A DNA stretch of 20,000 nucleotides from an uncultured virus (IMG/VR IMGVR_UViG_3300025603_001562) (IMGVR_UViG_3300025603_001562), one strand, 5' to 3'. Positions 1-8,510 are shown, counted from the first letter of the stretch. Notes: generated by a model from the letters alone, not told the origin. A program made the numbers and translations.

Positions 1-773
1 AAATTCTCTGGGCTCAAGTAGTTGTCGTAAACATCTTTCATCGCAACACGCATGGTATTTATGTCGCTCAAAGAGAACTCTTCTAATACTTTTGAAATGG
101 TCTTTATCTTTTTCTCTGGGATAGTAACCGAGATTAGGGCCCAATCAATGTCTTCGTGTAAAGGTGGTCTGTATCCATCTGCTATGATAACAGGTATTGT
201 GCCCATAGCCATCGCCTCAAACATTCTAACCGAGCTTATCCCTGTTCCTCTCGGACAAAGAGCAAACTCACAGCTAGCCAATGCGTTTGTGTAATTTTTT
301 GAGAACTCCTCTCCCAAGTTTACATCTAGACCCCAGTGGACTCCACTGTCAGTACATTGGTCAGGAAACAACTTTACTATTCCCTTCCTAGTGTGATGGG
401 TTGTGGTCGAACCTAGGAATCCAAACAGTTTCGTGCGACCGCAAGGCTGCTCAGAGACATTAACAGGGAAATGCGGAATAGATATTACATTATTGCTGTC
501 AGTGGCATGTGGGCTACACATGACGCTGTTGTTGTCTACTTGCAGTTGATTCACAAGAATATGCTGACACACAAGTATTTTTTTCTCCTTCGGGTCCAAA
601 GAGTCTATGACGCTCTGCGTTGCTGGGGCACCAATGTTATTTATCATGTGAGCCAATGGCAGCATGTGAAGAACCCAGTCATCACTAATAGTGGATTCCT
701 TCAGCTTTTGAAACATTGTTTCTTCTGTCGGAATGTATGGGTCTTTGCCATAATTGTGTTCTACTACTTTCAT
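1..773 (-). CDS. Exostosin-family (GT47-like) glycosyltransferase, runs off the left edge of the window
   Basis: Not in the ORF track. Manual translation from the ATG at 773 is open to base 1: MKVVEHNYGKDPY...LFGFLGSTTTHHTR...YTNALASCEFALCPRGTGISSVRMFEAMAMGTIPVIIADGYRPPLHEDIDW. FALCPRG..S.R.FEA...G.IPVII.D...P is the exostosin/GT47 signature. Confidence 0.85.
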   Translation of the reverse strand, partial: MKVVEHNYGKDPYIPTEETMFQKLKESTISDDWVLHMLPLAHMINNIGAPATQSVIDSLDPKEKKILVCQHILVNQLQVDNNSVMCSPHATDSNNVISIPHFPVNVSEQPCGRTKLFGFLGSTTTHHTRKGIVKLFPDQCTDSGVHWGLDVNLGEEFSKNYTNALASCEFALCPRGTGISSVRMFEAMAMGTIPVIIADGYRPPLHEDIDWALISVTIPEKKIKTISKVLEEFSLSDINTMRVAMKDVYDNYLSPEN

Positions 774-1371
774 AGTTGAATAAATGTAATCTCTGTTCGT
801 TTAGGGTTTGTTTTCAAAATGACGTAGTCATTTTCCTTCATCATCTCAATCATTTTTTCGGTATCTATTGAGATTTATCATCCAAACAAAAATGGTGAAA
901 CTCTACGCATATTTGCTTAATTCCTACACACTCTTGAAGACACTCATATTCAGAACCCTCTATATCCATTTTGATGACGGAAATATTGCTATAACGTTCT
1001 CTAAGTTCTTTGAATGAAACACATTTAGCCGTATAAGTTTCTCCCCCAACGCTAGCGTGATTTGGAAGAGCGCTCTCACTAACCCAGTCGGGGTTTGTAT
1101 TTTTATGCATCACTATCTCTTTCACTCCGTGTGGGGCCACAGCCTTTTCTAGTAGTTCGAAGTTTTTTGGATTTAACTCATTAACATGATTAATGCTTTT
1201 TTCAGTTGGGTCCACTCCGACTATTTGTATTTTTCGATGTTCTTGGAGCTCTAAGGGGAAAGTAATGTCTTCTCCTAGGCCAGCATCGATTATAAAATCG
1301 CCGTCTTTAATGTGGTCTAAATCTACGGTCCAACCGCCGTAATCGGTTCCAAAGTGTCTTATATTAGGCAT
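770..1371 (-). pseudogene. FkbM-family SAM-dependent methyltransferase with a frameshift near 870 (mutation or sequencing error)
   Basis: Motifs FGTDYGGW, IIDAGLGEDITF, VGVDPT, VIKMDIEGSEY and QICVEFH. The track ORF stops at TAG 865, but another frame continues SIDTEKMIEMMKENDYVILKTNPKRTEITFIQL* to TGA 770-772, which overlaps the next gene's ATG (ATGA). Confidence 0.75.
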
Positions 1372-2011
1372 ATGTTTTCATTTGTTGCTTTACATACTCA
1401 AACATCTCTGCTTTCTTCTCTACTCCAACAGTGAAGTTTGCGTGATGCGCCATTATGTTTCTTGGTAGGATAAAGTTTTTTTCTCCATTCCAAACTTTCG
1501 CTCCGTTAACTGAGGCGATTGTAAAATATTTATCCTGGGGAAGCAATTTATACCGCACTCTACCCTTGTGGACGTTCATGGCTACTTGGTCGTTTGCAAA
1601 GTCAGGAGTAACCTTGTGGATGTGTTTTAAGAATTTCTTCATAACCTTTGTTCCTCTTCCGATGAAAAGTCCAGCGCATATTGTTCCGTTATCAGATTGA
1701 GCAACCATATCAGTCTTGTCATCTATATACGTCAGTATGTCATCGTGGAAATTATCAAAGAACTGAATGTCACAATCGGCAAAAACAAATGGTTGGTCTG
1801 AATTTTCTTCTGCGGCCCGAATCAAAATATCGACTTTATCAACCATTGTGTCGTTGAAACCTTTTGTTCCGAAATCTCCGTTTCCTTTTTGACCCACAAC
1901 TGTAACGTCTAACTCAAAGTCTTTATCCAAACCCAATCGATTGAATGACTCCAGAAAATAATTTTCGTAGAGCTCTCTGTGGGACTCGCTATAGAATGTG
2001 TAGATTTTCAT
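1364..2011 (-). CDS. Nucleotide-diphospho-sugar transferase (GT77-like, GT-A fold)
   Basis: FVFADCDIQF (DxD), ICAGLF, NDQVAMN and AHHANFTVG..KK motifs typical of the Nucleotid_trans family. Confidence 0.75.
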   Translation of the reverse strand: MKIYTFYSESHRELYENYFLESFNRLGLDKDFELDVTVVGQKGNGDFGTKGFNDTMVDKVDILIRAAEENSDQPFVFADCDIQFFDNFHDDILTYIDDKTDMVAQSDNGTICAGLFIGRGTKVMKKFLKHIHKVTPDFANDQVAMNVHKGRVRYKLLPQDKYFTIASVNGAKVWNGEKNFILPRNIMAHHANFTVGVEKKAEMFEYVKQQMKTYA

Positions 2012-2454
2012 CTGAGCTGTCTTTTTATGTTTGATTTAAAATCTTCCGAAACGGTTTTAAGCTCACTTCTCATTAAGTCTAGCTCAGACGAGTTTGGGTC
2101 TCGCTTGATTAATTCGATATTGACGATGTCGTGTTTGCTTATTCTGTTTCTGCATATCATTCTAATTCCAATCACGGGAATAAAAAATCTAGCGTTTGGG
2201 TCCGCTATGGTGTCGACGATTAAATCCATCATAGTATCTGGGAAAACAGGCATAATTTCTAAGTTGTACTCTTTGCTTTTCAGCCTTACCGCTGTTTCTA
2301 AAATGCTATGATTAATTTGGTCGAACCGTCTTAGCTGTACATAATCGAACTCCCCTGAGTTGTTTTTTACTCCTTTAATCCAAACTTGGAAATCTGCAAA
2401 TGTCTTTACAGATTTCAACCGAGTTAGATTTACGATTGAATTACTTACTTTCAT
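2008..2454 (-). CDS. Hypothetical protein
   Basis: 148-aa ORF packed into the operon, with an ATGA overlap onto the downstream gene; no recognisable motif. Confidence 0.7.
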   Translation of the reverse strand: MKVSNSIVNLTRLKSVKTFADFQVWIKGVKNNSGEFDYVQLRRFDQINHSILETAVRLKSKEYNLEIMPVFPDTMMDLIVDTIADPNARFFIPVIGIRMICRNRISKHDIVNIELIKRDPNSSELDLMRSELKTVSEDFKSNIKRQLR

Positions 2455-2456
2455 TA

Positions 2457-3149
2457 TTATGTTTGTTTTAGAGCGAACCTTTTATTCTTTCTATCTTCAA
2501 AAGTTGTCTTATCAACATGAATAGGACCTTCGTTTTTCTGGTAAAGACCGTCCATTTTCCCAAATCCCCACGCCCAATGCTGGTGCTCAATAATGACCAT
2601 TGGTGAGTAGTGAACTTTATTTAGAGCCCTGGATACTTCCATGAATTCGTTATCACAATAAAGCGATACGTAAGATGGGTGGTATATGTACCCGAACCTA
2701 TTATAGTATTTTTTTCCGAGTATGCAAAGTGTGTTCAGTTTATCTCCCTGGTGTCCGTCGTTAAAATGGAGCACGCCATCAAAGTCTGGGAAATGTTTTT
2801 TGAAACCTTTTCGAATATGCATGTCATATCCTTGAATCTTTGGCATCATATCATCCGACACCAGCACCACGATATTCCAAGGTTCTTCGTGCTCTTGGAT
2901 GTCTCTGTTGCAAGCGAATATTTTCCCTTTGGATTCTCCCACAACTGCGTTTAGATTCTTGTACTCCGATAATCTCTCTAACACCTCAGGGGTGTTTAAT
3001 ATTTCATCGTCGTGGTCAATCGAAATAAGGAATGTGAAATTTTTTTTGTCCACCATTAGACCGTAGTACTGGTCGAGTTTCTCGAAAAGTTTGCCTTTGC
3101 GCTCTCGCGCAGGAAACTTAAATAAGATATGTGCGTCTTTCCAACTCAT
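2457..3149 (-). CDS. Glycosyltransferase family 2-like protein
   Basis: KFPARER, ISIDHDD, GKIFACN, IVVLVSDDM, YIYHPSYVSLYCDNEF and IEHQH: a GT-A fold pattern common in phage GT2 proteins. Confidence 0.75.
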   Translation of the reverse strand: MSWKDAHILFKFPARERKGKLFEKLDQYYGLMVDKKNFTFLISIDHDDEILNTPEVLERLSEYKNLNAVVGESKGKIFACNRDIQEHEEPWNIVVLVSDDMMPKIQGYDMHIRKGFKKHFPDFDGVLHFNDGHQGDKLNTLCILGKKYYNRFGYIYHPSYVSLYCDNEFMEVSRALNKVHYSPMVIIEHQHWAWGFGKMDGLYQKNEGPIHVDKTTFEDRKNKRFALKQT

Positions 3150-3958
3150 TCTACAGCTGCGTCTTTTTTACCTGTGAGCAATCGAAGTATGCCTATATCT
3201 TTATGAATCTCTTCCGTTTTTGAAATATCGAAAAAATGAAGCTTGTGACGTTCTCCTTTCATTAGCTGAATATTAGTGAGCATTTTTGTGAGAAAGGAAG
3301 TTTTTTCGTTTTGGTCTGGCTTCTGTGTGAACAAAACGCTTTTTTTTGGACACAGAGATTTATGTCGATGATAATTGCCGAACATTTGAAACCCTTCCTG
3401 AAGGTCCTCTCGTGTTGTAAACGGAATTGCTTTGATTATTTTGGCGATTTCCTTTTTACGGTAGATACTTCCAGCGATGGAAAAAGGTTCATTGAAATCA
3501 ACATAATGGACTGTCCAGTCATATTTAAGAAGCTTCCCCGACTTGCCTTCTGGCTTAAAAATGTTTTCAGCTCCTAAAGATGAGTTTTTCTTAATGTTCT
3601 CACCAAGTCTTGTGTGAATAGATAAGACCTCTTCATCTGAAAAAGTTTTGTCTAAGTCTGGAATAACAAAAGCGCGATAGAACACATCTTCTGTTGTGCA
3701 AAGACAAACATAGTCTTGGTCTGTTCGCTCGTTGATGTCTTTCAGAAAAGCATCTTTGTAACTGTCTACTTTTACAAAGTCTAGTTTTTCGCTTTTGTAT
3801 TCACGAAATATTAGCTCGTACATCAAGGAATAATCCGATGTAGAAGCTTTGTATATTATTGTAGTGGAGTAGTCTCCAATTACGTTCTCCTTTAAGCTCT
3901 GGAGAAAGAGGCGTGTATTAAACGCGGAGTCCTCTGAGAGGGCAATAAATTTCAACAT
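3146..3958 (-). CDS. Divergent glycosyltransferase-like protein (possibly inactive)
   Basis: The overall pattern (LFLQSL, IIYKAS, DYVCLCTTEDVFYR, IHTRLGENI, DFNEPFSIAGSIYR) resembles phage GT-A-like proteins, but the acidic DD/DxD motif reads TED. Confidence 0.5.
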   Translation of the reverse strand: MLKFIALSEDSAFNTRLFLQSLKENVIGDYSTTIIYKASTSDYSLMYELIFREYKSEKLDFVKVDSYKDAFLKDINERTDQDYVCLCTTEDVFYRAFVIPDLDKTFSDEEVLSIHTRLGENIKKNSSLGAENIFKPEGKSGKLLKYDWTVHYVDFNEPFSIAGSIYRKKEIAKIIKAIPFTTREDLQEGFQMFGNYHRHKSLCPKKSVLFTQKPDQNEKTSFLTKMLTNIQLMKGERHKLHFFDISKTEEIHKDIGILRLLTGKKDAAVE

Positions 3959-3990
3959 TGTTTTCTGCTTGCCTGGCTGGCAATAAAAAC

Positions 3991-4311
3991 TTAGGAAATG
4001 TGCTCGTCGATTTTGTCACTTAACGCTTTTACTGTCTGCATGCCTATAAGAGAAGCTACGCTCTCTCCTTCTTTGATTAAGAACATCTGAGGAATACTTC
4101 TAACTTTGTACTCTTTTGCGAGCTCAGAGTTTTCGTCCACATTAATTTTAACAATGCGAATGCTATCATATTTATCAGCAACTTCATCAAGTACTGGACT
4201 AAGGGCTCTACAAGGCCCACACCAGTCTGCATAAAAATCTACAAGAACGAGGGTGTTTTCTTGGATTGTTTGTTTGAATTCTGCGGTATCTGCATTTGCT
4301 ACTTCTGCCAT
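3991..4311 (-). CDS. trxA: Thioredoxin
   Basis: VLVDFYADWCGPC active site, KINVDEN and VRSIP cis-Pro loop; 106 aa. Confidence 0.95.
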   Translation of the reverse strand: MAEVANADTAEFKQTIQENTLVLVDFYADWCGPCRALSPVLDEVADKYDSIRIVKINVDENSELAKEYKVRSIPQMFLIKEGESVASLIGMQTVKALSDKIDEHIS

Positions 4312-4342
4312 TTTGTTTGTGTTGTTGTAAGTGTTGTAATCG

Positions 4343-4348
4343 TAAATA
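4343..4348 (-). promoter_or_regulatory. TATTTA putative late-promoter motif upstream of thioredoxin and the glycosylation operon
   Basis: The minus strand reads cttatttacg about 30 nt before ATG 4311; the same motif precedes many other genes in the window. Confidence 0.5.
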
Positions 4349-4506
4349 AGATTATAATGCTAAAGTAACAAAATTCTTTTTCTATGCCTCAATCCGCGTC
4401 AACTAAAAAACCTCTATTCCACTTTTCCCAGCTATTTACTTACACAGCCAGAGTTTATATACCTCTAAGCTGGGTGGAAAGAGAAGCAAAATCAACTTTT
4501 TCTTAA

Positions 4507-4512
4507 TATTTA
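4507..4512 (+). promoter_or_regulatory. TATTTA putative late-promoter motif (a second copy lies at 4433-4438)
   Basis: aaTATTTAtt, 19 nt before ATG 4532. Confidence 0.55.
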
Positions 4513-4531
4513 TTACAAAACACACACTTCG

Positions 4532-4915
4532 ATGTCTAAGAAATTAAGTCCGACGCTTGTACAGGAAGCTATCCTTGCAGAAGCAAAGGTAATCAAGAGA
4601 AAAAGAGAAATCTACACTCAGCTGCAAGCTTTGAATGAAGAGATTCAACAGCTCGATGAGCGTGGCATGGTAGGGACCTTCGGTTTTGAAGGAAACCCTA
4701 ACGACCGAGTTCATACTTCAAAAACTGGGTTCGTAAACGACTTCCAAAACATTTCACACGTTGCCAGGTTGGCAGCTGAGTTTGCTGAGGCTGACGCAAT
4801 AGATGAGTCAACCCAAGAAGAGAATACAAGGCTAAGAGCTAAGCTTGATGAACTGCAGGCTCAGTTGGATGAATCCAACAAAGCAGTAAAAGCGGAGAAA
4901 GCAGAAAAAAACTAA
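4532..4915 (+). CDS. Hypothetical coiled-coil protein, putative virion/head protein
   Basis: 127 aa, heptad-rich, lies behind a TATTTA motif and contains ILAE/LNEE/IDE motifs. Confidence 0.7.
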   Translation: MSKKLSPTLVQEAILAEAKVIKRKREIYTQLQALNEEIQQLDERGMVGTFGFEGNPNDRVHTSKTGFVNDFQNISHVARLAAEFAEADAIDESTQEENTRLRAKLDELQAQLDESNKAVKAEKAEKN

Positions 4916-4939
4916 GTAATCAATCCCGATAACACAATC

Positions 4940-5728
4940 ATGAAAAAAGTAATTGCAAAATTAACAAAAACAGAGCTTAATCAGTTGATTGCTGAAGAGT
5001 ATGCAAACCTTAAGAAGGTAGTATCGCTTAAGGCAAAAAAGGAAGCTATCCAAAAAGAGATTAAGCAGCTAAAAGAGTCTTACGGGCTTAGTGAGGTTGA
5101 GGTTTCTGGTCACAAAGATAAAGGAGATGCCTATTTTATGAAAGGTCTTCCAGTTCAAAAATTCGAAAAGAAAGGGACTCACTTGAAAGAGATGGACCTT
5201 GACGATGAAGAGATGGACACAGAGATGGACACAGAGATGGGTGCAGAAATGGGTGAAGAAGAATGTGGAGAAATCGAAAGCATGCTTCGCGACCTCGGTA
5301 GAAAGCTTGACGCACTAGTTGACGGAAATGAAACACCTGTTGATGCAGGCATGGAAGACATGGAAGACATGGGTGGAGACGAAGAAGAGCTTGAAGTTGA
5401 CATGGGTGGAGACGAAGAAGAGCTTGAAGTTGACGAGCAGTCACAAATACCAGTCGCAGGAGGCGATGATTCTTTTTCTGAGGAAGATATTGTTTCTGAT
5501 GAAGATGACGAAGACACAATCGACGAACAAGACGGAGAAACTGTGGTTAACGCTGCAAAAGAAGACACCGTTAATGATAACATGAGTAAAGTTGATAACA
5601 AGAACGCTGAGGCAGACAAACTCTACGAGGGAGCTGGTAAAGGCAGAGGTTCTAGACTTAATCCAAAAGGAAGTAGGGTTATCAACGAAGAGCTTCAAAG
5701 AATGCGAAAACTCGCAAATCTTATTTAA
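4940..5728 (+). CDS. Acidic low-complexity protein, putative internal head/scaffold-like protein
   Basis: 262 aa with a D/E/M/G-rich middle, an N-terminal KLTKTELNQLIAEE helix and a C-terminal VINEELQRMRKLANLI helix. Confidence 0.75.
   Translation: MKKVIAKLTKTELNQLIAEEYANLKKVVSLKAKKEAIQKEIKQLKESYGLSEVEVSGHKDKGDAYFMKGLPVQKFEKKGTHLKEMDLDDEEMDTEMDTEMGAEMGEEECGEIESMLRDLGRKLDALVDGNETPVDAGMEDMEDMGGDEEELEVDMGGDEEELEVDEQSQIPVAGGDDSFSEEDIVSDEDDEDTIDEQDGETVVNAAKEDTVNDNMSKVDNKNAEADKLYEGAGKGRGSRLNPKGSRVINEELQRMRKLANLI
5210..5257 (+). repeat. Degenerate 12-bp in-frame tandem repeat (EMDT EMDT EMGA EMGE)
   Basis: gagatggacaca x2, followed by gagatgggtgca and gaaatgggtgaa. Confidence 0.8.
5366..5434 (+). 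repeat. Perfect 33-bp in-frame tandem duplication (DMGGDEEELEV x2)
   Basis: gacatgggtggagacgaagaagagcttgaagtt at 5366 and again at 5399. Confidence 0.9.
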
Positions 5729-5736
5729 TAATAACC

Positions 5737-6048
5737 ATGAAAAAACAGTTTCGGGATATACTGAGAGAGAGTCTACAAGAGCAGGCTATTTCTGCTAATT
5801 TCGACTCTAAGATAAGCGAAATTGATATTCTTATAGACGCTCATGAGCGTGCGCTTGAAAAGGCTGATAAGGATATGAATACTGAGGACCAACCTGCACA
5901 CAGTGAGGCTTTAAATCGTAGAATCTCGGAACTCGAAAAGCTTATTCCTTTATACGCTAGGAAGGAGCAGTTGATGATTCAGACGCTTGATGCAAGCAGG
6001 GGAGAGGCAATTGACGCAGTTGACTATGGAGCAGCAGCGGCAGGATAG
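5737..6048 (+). CDS. Hypothetical helical protein
   Basis: 103 aa, N-terminus MKKQFRDILRESL, followed by a terminator. Confidence 0.7.
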   Translation: MKKQFRDILRESLQEQAISANFDSKISEIDILIDAHERALEKADKDMNTEDQPAHSEALNRRISELEKLIPLYARKEQLMIQTLDASRGEAIDAVDYGAAAAG

Positions 6049-6063
6049 AACTCTCTTACATGG

Positions 6064-6106
6064 AAACAAAAAAAAGGCAACCTTTACGGGTTGCCTTTTT
6101 TTGTTT
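6064..6106. terminator. Bidirectional rho-independent terminator
   Basis: aaacaaaaaaaaggcaacc-loop-ggttgcctttttttgttt, located between convergent genes. Confidence 0.9.
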
Positions 6107-6118
6107 GAACAAATTAAC

Positions 6119-6268
6119 TTAGGTCAACAGCTCTTTTCCATCATCAGTGATAATTTTTTCATCACTTCTTTCGACGATGTCGTTGTTTCGTTTTACCTTT
6201 TTGGTTATCTTCTTTAGAGAACCAGACTCAATTTCTTCTGGATTTATAAGGTCTTTCTTGTCGCTCAT
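6119..6268 (-). CDS. 49-aa microprotein ending ...KIITDDGKELLT
   Basis: Not in the ORF track. Manual translation gives MSDKKDLINPEEIESGSLKKITKKVKRNNDIVERSDEKIITDDGKELLT*. It fills the gap between the upstream ORF and the terminator. Confidence 0.75.
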   Translation of the reverse strand: MSDKKDLINPEEIESGSLKKITKKVKRNNDIVERSDEKIITDDGKELLT

Positions 6269-6274
6269 GATTGT

Positions 6275-6487
6275 TTATGTTAATAGTTCTCTCCCGTCAA
6301 GGGTTTGAATTTTGTAATTTTTCTTCTCTTGTAACTCTGTTACGGAATGGGCCATTCCAAATGATTTCTCCTTCTGTTCCATCACTCTGTCTTCTTGACT
6401 CATTAATCCGTCATGAAGTGTTTTTGCCTTCTCAGCTTTTTCTGGTTGCTGTTGTCCAGCAAAACCATATGCACCTAAAATGTTCAT
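6275..6487 (-). CDS. 70-aa microprotein ending ...KIQTLDGRELLT
   Basis: In the ORF track; preceded by TATTTA (6502-6507, minus strand) and shares its C-terminal motif with the next ORF. Confidence 0.75.
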   Translation of the reverse strand: MNILGAYGFAGQQQPEKAEKAKTLHDGLMSQEDRVMEQKEKSFGMAHSVTELQEKKNYKIQTLDGRELLT

Positions 6488-6572
6488 GTTGTGTTTTCAT
6501 GTAAATAGGCTGATTTTCACAAACATTACCTTATACCCGTTAGTCTCTACTTCTGTGCTTGCTGGGGCGGAG

Positions 6573-8432
6573 TTAGCTTTTTAATTCAAGTTTATACCTC
6601 TTCATAACATCTATTAGAATACCTGAGCGAACGATTTCATCTTCTGTGAATTGTATAAAACCAATTTTTGGAAGGCCTTGAAACCTATTAAAAGCATCGT
6701 CTAATCCTGAGCGCTGACCATTTCTTAGATAAAGGTCTGTTTGGTCTGTGTCTCCGATAATTATAAGCTTTGAACTTTCTCCTTTACGAGAAATCCAAAG
6801 CTTTAACCCAGCTACTGTTGTATTCTGCGCTTCATCAATTATTGCTACTGAATTTTCAAACGTTTCACCACGAAGATATGCAAGAGGAACATATTTAACA
6901 ACGTCATTCTGAATGAAGTCCTTTGTCTTTGTTGAGCCTACAAGTTTTTTAAAATTTCCCAAAAATGAGTCCATATAGGGGTCTATTTTTGAGTCTATGT
7001 CTCCAGGTAAGAACCCTATTGATTCGCCAGCTTCTACAATTGGTTTTGTGAGTATAATCTGGCTATATTCGTTGTCAATTTTCAGTAATTCTAAAGCAGT
7101 TTTTAAACTAAGTAAGGTGTTGTGAGTAACATTATAATCTCTTGTCACATATAAATGTCTTGGGTGGTCTATGTGAATACAAACACACTCTTCTTCTCCT
7201 TGTTTTTCGACACCAGTAATATATTTTATTTTCATTCTTTTTTTATCAGAAAATAGTCCTGCTTTTCTTGATAACTTAAAAGGGTTAAGCGTTTCAAATA
7301 AAACAGTGACAACATAGCATATCTTTCCTTGCTTTTTTTCTCCAAATTTATCTGTAAAAAAGGGTTTTTTAGTTCTAATTGAAGAAATACCACCAAGGCT
7401 TCTAATTAGCTCCATGACTTGACTAGCTAAAATTTGCGACGTGGTGTAATATTCAATAGAAGAGCCATTTTTAGGGATATGCCCATCTGTATCCATTAAA
7501 CCCCTTAGTAACTCCACCCTATCTTCAACAGAAGAGTAGAGATATTTATCAGGAATTATTTTCTCATGAGATTTTTGACCCATTAAACCTAAATCCCTCA
7601 TCTCAAAGAGGAGTAAATTATTCGCCTTATTTGACCTTGTCTTAGTTGTTATGTAATAATCATAATTATCTCCAGGTTTTTTACTTATCTTAACAGGGTG
7701 AGGGAGGCTTTGCTTAAACTCACAAATAATTTCTTCGTCCGCAGAGCTAAACGAGACAAAATGTTGGCTGTAGCACCCGTCGCCTATTAAACAGCCCATT
7801 AGATAAGGGTTAATTATTAGTTCTTTATTTGCAAACTGTATAGGATTGCAGATGGGGATTGAGTGGTTTTTCCTGCCTCGGTTAGTCAGTAAGCTCTCTT
7901 TTATTTCAAAAGTAGTTTTTACTGCTCCTGACAGCGGCTCTCTTATTGCAACCCCATTCCTTTTTTTTCTATTATTTCTATCAGCTTCTGTTTGTGTTTC
8001 CCATAAATGCTCACCACAGCATAGTGTATGCGTTCCATCAGAAAAAGACACCTTATAGACATCTTTTTCTCCTTGTGGATGAATAGAGTTGACATTTACA
8101 GGTGTTCCATCAACCGAAATTACTTTATCTCCAGGACGAATGCTTCCGATTTCCACAAAACCGCCAGGCGTTAATATAGGCTCAGTTAGTGGTTGCGCCT
8201 TACCTGTCCCAGCAGCTCCAGCAACAAATGTGATTTCATTTTCCATGATAGTTTTGCACAGAAGCTTTTGCTTAGCGTTTTTGTGCTTAATATCTTTGTT
8301 GATTTGAAAATGAGATATTGCATTAAGCCTATCCATCTGAGCTTCCTTATCTCTCTCTAAGCCCATTTTTTCCAAGTCGCTTTGTATCTCACGAGATGTT
8401 TTTTGGCGTTGTACTTTTCTGTTTTTATTCAT
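6573..8432 (-). CDS. phoH: PhoH-like ATPase containing an intein (259-aa spliced product)
   Basis: GAAGTGK|T P-loop, IILTKPIVEAGESIGFLPGD, PLAYLRGETF, IIDEAQN, IIGDTDQTD and EDEIVRS motifs. Confidence 0.93.
   Translation of the reverse strand: MNKNRKVQRQKTSREIQSDLEKMGLERDKEAQMDRLNAISHFQINKDIKHKNAKQKLLCKTIMENEITFVAGAAGTGKAQPLTEPILTPGGFVEIGSIRPGDKVISVDGTPVNVNSIHPQGEKDVYKVSFSDGTHTLCCGEHLWETQTEADRNNRKKRNGVAIREPLSGAVKTTFEIKESLLTNRGRKNHSIPICNPIQFANKELIINPYLMGCLIGDGCYSQHFVSFSSADEEIICEFKQSLPHPVKISKKPGDNYDYYITTKTRSNKANNLLLFEMRDLGLMGQKSHEKIIPDKYLYSSVEDRVELLRGLMDTDGHIPKNGSSIEYYTTSQILASQVMELIRSLGGISSIRTKKPFFTDKFGEKKQGKICYVVTVLFETLNPFKLSRKAGLFSDKKRMKIKYITGVEKQGEEECVCIHIDHPRHLYVTRDYNVTHNTLLSLKTALELLKIDNEYSQIILTKPIVEAGESIGFLPGDIDSKIDPYMDSFLGNFKKLVGSTKTKDFIQNDVVKYVPLAYLRGETFENSVAIIDEAQNTTVAGLKLWISRKGESSKLIIIGDTDQTDLYLRNGQRSGLDDAFNRFQGLPKIGFIQFTEDEIVRSGILIDVMKRYKLELKS
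7119..8198 (-). mobile_element. 360-aa Ala1 (class 3-type) intein with LAGLIDADG homing endonuclease, inserted in the PhoH P-loop
   Basis: Starts AQPLTEPILTP and ends VTHN|T. Block B CCGEHLW, block F ECVCIHID; LAGLIDADG motifs YLMGCLIGDG and LLRGLMDTDG. Confidence 0.9.
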
Positions 8433-8504
8433 TTAACATTATTATCAGGCATGTGTATCAAGAGTAATCAACCCTCTTCTCAATATCAATGGATTATTCC
8501 AAGC

Positions 8505-8510
8505 TATTTA
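8505..8510 (+). promoter_or_regulatory. TATTTA putative late-promoter motif
   Basis: gcTATTTAg, 17 nt before ATG 8528. Confidence 0.55.

Noticed and set aside
52..779. Plus-strand ORFs 52-294 and 471-779
   Set aside because: They are antisense to the exostosin gene, which has clear family motifs.
850..870. TAG readthrough or alternative genetic code explaining the short FkbM ORF
   Set aside because: Reading through TAG adds only IPKK before a TGA, and other genes end normally at TAG. A frameshift explains the data better.
5210..5434. Direct repeats as a CRISPR array
   Set aside because: They are in-frame coding tandem repeats with no spacers.
5136..5698. Minus-strand ORFs 5136-5519, 5179-5619 and 5441-5698, and plus-strand 5319-5585
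   Set aside because: They are shadows of the acidic low-complexity gene at 4940-5728 (Ser/Leu-rich antisense translations).
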